From: Candidatus Kutchimonas denitrificans
GTDB taxonomy: Bacteria > Gemmatimonadota > Gemmatimonadetes > Palauibacterales > KS3-K002
NCBI GenBank assembly: GCA_011774835.1
Contig: JAACAK010000083.1
Location: 104,263-158,800, forward strand
Length of the DNA: 54,538 nucleotides
Reading direction: 5' to 3'
In this document: piece by piece, positions 49,959 through 54,538 of the stretch
Position numbering within the stretch: position 1 is the stretch's first letter
How the letters are laid out: every line of letters starts with the position of its first letter
The notes under the pieces: generated by a model
What the model saw: only the letters and a program-made list of their open reading frames with translations
Databases searched by the model: none
What the model was told of the DNA's origin: nothing
Translations under genes and position numbers: made by a program

Positions 49959-50082
49959 GGCAAGGGAGGAACGATCAGCCGTTGCAGATAATGTGCCGCG
50001 CGCCGCTTCCGAACGCAACACCTTGGGCTCTGCCAACTTGGCGGTCCGACGCCGTTGACCGGCCGGCGGCTCGTCAGTAGAT

Positions 50083-50101
50083 TTTGAAACGCAGTTTCAA
50101 A
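50083..50101. promoter_or_regulatory. 19-bp palindromic operator, Fur-box-like
   Basis: TTTGAAAC-GCA-GTTTCAAA, 37 nt upstream of nifU. Confidence 0.6.
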
Positions 50102-50138
50102 CAGAGAGCGGCCCCGCGCCGCGGAGACAGATATCGGC

Positions 50139-50378
50139 ATGACGACGACGACGACCTGGGACAGGATCGAGGCGGTCATCGACGAGGTCCGCCCGGCGGT
50201 CCGGGCCGACGGTGGCGACATCGAGCTGGTCGGCTTCGATGAGAGCGAGGGCCGGGTCGAGTTGCGCCTGGTGGGGGCGTGCCACAGCTGTCCCTACTCG
50301 CTGATGACCCTGAAGGGCGGGATCGAGCACCGGCTGCGCAACCTGTTGCCGGAGGTGAAAACGGTCGTGGCGCTATAG
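50139..50378 (+). CDS. NifU/NfuA C-terminal domain protein
   Basis: VRPAVRADGGDIEL...GACHSCP..TLKGGIE. Confidence 0.93.
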   Translation: MTTTTTWDRIEAVIDEVRPAVRADGGDIELVGFDESEGRVELRLVGACHSCPYSLMTLKGGIEHRLRNLLPEVKTVVAL

Positions 50379-50401
50379 AGGTGCCGGTTTCCCGAAAGGC
50401 C

Positions 50402-50432
50402 GCCGGCATGGGGAAACCCCTGCCGGCTTTTT
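50402..50432 (+). terminator. Intrinsic terminator between nifU and mrp
   Basis: GCCGGCA(T)GGGG-AAA-CCCCTGCCGGC followed by TTTTT. Confidence 0.7.
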
Positions 50433-50505
50433 GTTGCGGCCCCGCTCGCCCGGCCGCGCGAGCGGGATCCGAAAAAATCCTGACATCGTAAAGAGACGGG
50501 CCGAG

Positions 50506-51636
50506 ATGGCTGATGATAGGGCATTACTGACCCGCGTAGTCGAAGCACTGCAATCGATCGTCCACCCGCGGACAGGCAAGGACATCGTCACGTCCGGTCT
50601 GGTGACGGGGCTGAAGCTCGACGCGCCCGGCCGGGTGAGCTTCGGTCTGGTGACCGGGCCCGACGATCCGCCCGACTTCACCGATGTGGCTCGAACCCGG
50701 GCGAGCGCGGTGGAGGGGATCGAGGCGGTGCAGGTCGAGACGAAGGGTGAGACGTCGCGGGTCGGACGCAAGTTGCCCGTGATGAACCCGAGCGGCCCGC
50801 AACCCTCGGAGCCGCCGCCGCAGGGGCGCCGGCCCACGGCGCCGCCGGAGCCGCAGGCGCTGGAAGGGGTCCGTCACGTGCTGGCGGTCAGCTCGGGGAA
50901 GGGCGGCGTGGGCAAATCGACCGTGGCCGCCAACCTGGCCGCGGCGCTGGCCGCCGAGGGGTCCGTCGTCGGTCTGATGGACGCCGACGTCTACGGCCCC
51001 GACATCCCGATCATGTTCGGCGTACACGCCCGGCCTCGCGTGACCCCCGACGAGAAGGTGGTTCCGTTGGAGGGCCACGGCGTCAAGCTGATGAGCATCG
51101 GCTTCCTGCTCGATGAGGACACCCCGGCCATCTGGCGTGGGCCCATCGTGATGGGGATCATCCGGCAGTTCCTGCAGCAGGTCGCCTGGGGCGAGCTCGA
51201 TTATCTGATCGTCGACATGCCGCCCGGAACCGGTGACGCCCAGCTGTCGCTGGTGCAACTGGTCAAGCTCGACGGGGCGATCATGGTCACCACGCCGCAG
51301 GGTGTGGCGACGTTCGATGTGCTGAAAGGGATCAAGATGTTCGAGCGGGTCGAAGTGCCGGTGCTGGGGCTGGTGGAGAACATGAGCGGCTTCGTCTGCC
51401 CCCACTGCGGCGAAGAGAGCGAGGTGTTCGGTCGCGGCGGCGGAGAGAAGCTGGCGGCTACCGCCGGCGTGCCTTTCCTCGGCTCCGTACCGCTGGGGAT
51501 CGCCGTGGTCAAGGCGGGCGACAGCGGGCGCCCGACAGTGGTCGGCGAGCCGGAATCCCCGGAAGCGAAGGCGTTCGTCGAGCTGGCGGGTAAGGTGGCG
51601 GAAGAACTGGAAGCGAGCGCCCAGGCGAAGAATTAG
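50506..51636 (+). CDS. Mrp/NBP35/ApbC Fe-S cluster carrier ATPase
   Basis: SGKGGVGKST, DADVYGP, WRGP, DMPPGTGD, ENMSGFVCPHC; ATG 50506. Confidence 0.95.
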   Translation: MADDRALLTRVVEALQSIVHPRTGKDIVTSGLVTGLKLDAPGRVSFGLVTGPDDPPDFTDVARTRASAVEGIEAVQVETKGETSRVGRKLPVMNPSGPQPSEPPPQGRRPTAPPEPQALEGVRHVLAVSSGKGGVGKSTVAANLAAALAAEGSVVGLMDADVYGPDIPIMFGVHARPRVTPDEKVVPLEGHGVKLMSIGFLLDEDTPAIWRGPIVMGIIRQFLQQVAWGELDYLIVDMPPGTGDAQLSLVQLVKLDGAIMVTTPQGVATFDVLKGIKMFERVEVPVLGLVENMSGFVCPHCGEESEVFGRGGGEKLAATAGVPFLGSVPLGIAVVKAGDSGRPTVVGEPESPEAKAFVELAGKVAEELEASAQAKN

Positions 51637-51751
51637 GGTCGAGCGGAAGGTCGAGTCTCGGATTCCACCCACCGCAAGCGCCGACAGCCCGCCCGACGCT
51701 CGCTGAGGACCTCATCTCCGCGGACCATCGCCGCGGGAGGGCGAGCGGTCA

Positions 51752-51801
51752 TTGCGCTATCGAGAATCGTTCGCTACTTTCCTATGGGCAACCCATAGGA
51801 A
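51752..51801 (+). promoter_or_regulatory. padR promoter with overlapping palindromic operator
   Basis: TTGCGC-17-TACTTT (51752-51780); TTCCTATGGG-CAA-CCCATAGGAA (51779-51801). Confidence 0.7.
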
Positions 51802-51810
51802 GGGACGGCG

Positions 51811-52155
51811 ATGGTCAAGAAGATGGACGTCCAGCCGGGCACGCTCGCCCTGATGATCCTCAAGACCCTCGAGGTGCTCGGACCGCTTCACGGCTACGGC
51901 ATCGCTCGCCGGATCGAGGAGACGAGTAAGTACCGCCTGAAGCTGAACTACGGCACGCTGTACCCCGCGCTTCTCAAGCTGAAACAACAGGGTTTCGTCA
52001 CGACGGAATGGCGTCTGTCGGAGAACAACCGTCGTGCGAAGTATTATTCGCTCACCGCCGCGGGGCGTAAGGAGCTGGCGCGCGAAACCCGCGAATGGTA
52101 TCGGACGGCCGACCTGATCGCCGCCTTCCTGGCACCGCGGAGGGAGGCGTCATGA
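51811..52155 (+). CDS. PadR family transcriptional regulator (ADOP-associated type)
   Basis: GTLALMILKTL, LHGYGIARRI, GTLYPAL, SENNRRAKYYSLT. Confidence 0.95.
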   Translation: MVKKMDVQPGTLALMILKTLEVLGPLHGYGIARRIEETSKYRLKLNYGTLYPALLKLKQQGFVTTEWRLSENNRRAKYYSLTAAGRKELARETREWYRTADLIAAFLAPRREAS

Positions 52156-54538
52156 GACACCTTCGCGCCATGCTCGCCCGCATCGCTGGAATCTTCGCCG
52201 GACGCCTGGCGGAGGACGACCTCCGCGAGGAGCTGGAAGCGCATCTCGAGATGGAGACGGCGGAGAACATCCGACGTGGCATGGATCCGGACGAGGCGCG
52301 CCGGCAGGCGCTGCTGGCCGCCGGGGGTCTCACCCAGGCCGCCGAGGCCGTCCGCGAACAGCGCGGACTGCCCTGGGTCGAGAACCTTGCGGCCGACATC
52401 AGGTACGCAACCCGCGGCCTGCGCCGCAGCCCCGTGTTCACGGCCGTGGTCGTGATAACCTTGGCCCTCGGCATCGGGGCCAACACGGCGATCTTCAGCG
52501 TCGTCCACGCCGTGCTGCTCAAGCCGCTGCCCCACCGTGACGGCGATCGGTTGGTCTACCTGCGACATTCGGTGGACGGACCCGGGGGAGAGAACATTCT
52601 CTTCTCGGTTCCGGAGGTGGACGATTACCGCGAGGGCGCTCCGTCGCTGGGCCGCATCGCGGAATACTCGCCGTGGTTTCATACCCTGCAGGGGGACGAC
52701 GACGCCGTCCAAATCGACGTGGGCCTCGTCACCGGCAACTTCTTCGAGGTGCTGGGGCTTTCCCCGGCGCTGGGCAGGCTCACGCAGTCGAGCGACGACG
52801 GGGCCGGAGTTCCGCCGGTGATGGTGCTGACCCACGAGTTCTGGCTGAAGCGGTTCGGCGGCGATTCGAGCATCGTGGGCCAGCAAGTGAGACTCGACGG
52901 CCAGTCGGTGTCGGTGGTCGGGGTGGTCGAGCCGGCGCCGTTCTATCCCGACCGTGTGGACGGGTTCCTCAACATGGTGATCAGCCCGCACCACCTGAGC
53001 GCTCTGATGGTCCAGGGGCGCACGCATCGCATGACCGAGATGATCGCCCGGCTGGCGCCCGGTGCCAGCCTCGAGCAGGCGAGGGCGGAGGTGGCGGCGG
53101 TCCACGCCCGCGTGCGGCGCGAGTTCAGAGACGCATACGATCCGGGATCCCATTACCGCGTCGCGGTGATCCCGTTCAAGCAAGCGCTGGGGGAAGACGC
53201 GCGGCTGACGCTGTGGATGCTCATGGCCGCGGCCGCCTTCGTCATGATCATCTCGACGGCGAACGTCGCCAACCTGACGCTGATGCGCGGCGTACACCGG
53301 GAGCAGGAGCTCGTGGTGCGCGCGGCGATCGGCGCCGGGGTGGGGCGACTGCGACGGTTGCTGCTGGTCGAGAATCTCGTGCTGGCCATCGCGGGAGCCG
53401 CCCTCGGCCTGTTCATCGCGATCGGCGGCCTCGAGCTGCTGGTCTCACTGGCCGAGCGGTACTCGCCGCGGGCGAGCGAGATCCGACTCGACCTCGTGGT
53501 GCTCGGCTTCACGCTCGCGCTCTCGGTCTGCGTCGCGCTTTTCCTTTCGTTCGTGGCTTCGCTGCCCAAAGAGAGGAGCTTCGCCGCCGCGATCGGGGCG
53601 GGCGGCCGGCGCGTGAGCGCGAGCGCCAGCAAGCAGAGGCTGCAACGCGGACTCGTGGTCGCGCAGATCACGGTATGCGTCGTGCTGCTCGCGGGCGCGG
53701 GATTGCTCACCCGTACGATGATTCGGCTCTCCCAGGTGGACACCGGTCTGCGGACCGAGGAAGTGCTGACGATGACGGTGCCGTTGGTGGATCCGGCACA
53801 GTTTGACGCCGAGGCCGACGCGGCAGCCAAGGAGCAGTACGATCGTATGCGGCGCGAGGTCAGGGCGCTGCCCGGTGTCGTCGAGGTGGGGATCGGGTCC
53901 ACCATGCCGCTGCGTGCCTCGTGGATCCGATTAGACGTCAAAGCGGAAGGCGAGTCGCTCGCTGTCGGCGAGGCGATACCGCGCGCCGACTTTCGAACCG
54001 CGAGCCCGGAGTACTTCCGCGCCGCCGGGATTCCGCTGCTCGAGGGGCGGGAGTTCACGTCGAGCGACCGGGCTGGCTCCCGCAGGGTGGTGATCATCAA
54101 CGAAACGTTCGCTGACAAGTTCTTCCCCGACGAGGACCCGCTCGGCAAGCGGATCGCGTGGACGGGCGACGTGCTGCGATTCACGCCGTTCAGCGGCGAT
54201 TGGCGCACGATCGTCGGCGTCGTCGGGGATACGCAGGATGGCGGGCTGGATGCGGAGCCGCGATCCGTGGTGTTCATGCCCTTCGCGCAGGAGCCCGCGG
54301 TGCTCGGAGGGCTGGTGATCCGCGCCGAGGGCAACGCTTCGGACCTGGCGGCCGCGGCGACGCGTATCGTCCGAAACATCGTCCCGACGACCCCGATCGA
54401 GAACGTGCTGACCGTGACGCAGATCAAGGATCAGAGCGTGACGCCCCGGCGTCTGAACGCCGCGCTCGTCTCGTCGTTCGGCATCCTGGCGGCCATCATC
54501 GCGGCGGTGGGCATCGCCGGCATCCTGGCATTCTCGGT
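52152..54538 (+). CDS. ADOP-family duplicated ABC permease (MacB/FtsX-like), 3'-truncated by window edge
   Basis: ATG overlaps the padR stop; DLREELEAHLEM...DIRYATRGLRRSPVFTAVVVITLALGIGANTAIFSVVHAVLLKPLP; absent from the ORF track because it has no stop in the window. Confidence 0.92.
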   Translation, partial: MRHLRAMLARIAGIFAGRLAEDDLREELEAHLEMETAENIRRGMDPDEARRQALLAAGGLTQAAEAVREQRGLPWVENLAADIRYATRGLRRSPVFTAVVVITLALGIGANTAIFSVVHAVLLKPLPHRDGDRLVYLRHSVDGPGGENILFSVPEVDDYREGAPSLGRIAEYSPWFHTLQGDDDAVQIDVGLVTGNFFEVLGLSPALGRLTQSSDDGAGVPPVMVLTHEFWLKRFGGDSSIVGQQVRLDGQSVSVVGVVEPAPFYPDRVDGFLNMVISPHHLSALMVQGRTHRMTEMIARLAPGASLEQARAEVAAVHARVRREFRDAYDPGSHYRVAVIPFKQALGEDARLTLWMLMAAAAFVMIISTANVANLTLMRGVHREQELVVRAAIGAGVGRLRRLLLVENLVLAIAGAALGLFIAIGGLELLVSLAERYSPRASEIRLDLVVLGFTLALSVCVALFLSFVASLPKERSFAAAIGAGGRRVSASASKQRLQRGLVVAQITVCVVLLAGAGLLTRTMIRLSQVDTGLRTEEVLTMTVPLVDPAQFDAEADAAAKEQYDRMRREVRALPGVVEVGIGSTMPLRASWIRLDVKAEGESLAVGEAIPRADFRTASPEYFRAAGIPLLEGREFTSSDRAGSRRVVIINETFADKFFPDEDPLGKRIAWTGDVLRFTPFSGDWRTIVGVVGDTQDGGLDAEPRSVVFMPFAQEPAVLGGLVIRAEGNASDLAAAATRIVRNIVPTTPIENVLTVTQIKDQSVTPRRLNAALVSSFGILAAIIAAVGIAGILAFS

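Noticed and set aside
50142-50156. Thr5 run at the start of the nifU ORF as a Thr attenuator
   Set aside because: It is the N-terminus of a full NifU domain, and the downstream gene is unrelated to threonine
52673-53806. 377-aa plus-strand ORF in the track
   Set aside because: Out-of-frame shadow; the real CDS is the permease starting at 52152 that runs off the window

Overview
High-GC bacterial chromosomal segment. Gene content and order suggest Gemmatimonadota, but this is an inference. Most of it is housekeeping: htpX-lipid kinase-uvrA, a pspA cluster, acpS, guaB, two lytic transglycosylases, a long minus-strand run (DUF58-BatA-mfd-PPIase-surA-pdxA-ftsEX-envC-holB-moaC), lepA-GT9-ROK-PfkB, an orphan wzc, nifU-mrp, and padR with an ADOP permease cut by the window end. 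I saw no rRNA, tRNA, CRISPR array, integrase or transposase. The most interesting signals are non-coding. (1) A four-helix-bundle (23S-IVP/Avd-like) gene sits in the loop of a long inverted repeat built from GATTCGGG octamers (37475-38130). A gene-less sister copy lies at 12322-12589, and two further heptamer-based palindromes lie at 19331-19430 and 47446-47602. All four sit between convergent gene ends, which suggests a transposase-free family of palindromic cassettes. (2) An unannotated Tyr-rich leader peptide with terminator/antiterminator architecture precedes an AroH-TyrA fusion gene. (3) Several candidate cis-elements: a structured 5' leader of an SLT gene, a Fur-like box before nifU-mrp, a PadR operator and an ECF-type promoter for the psp cluster. 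There is also a STAS/HATPase + STAS/wHTH pair linked to sugar kinases and two probable CTG starts. All calls come from reading motifs by eye; no searches were run.
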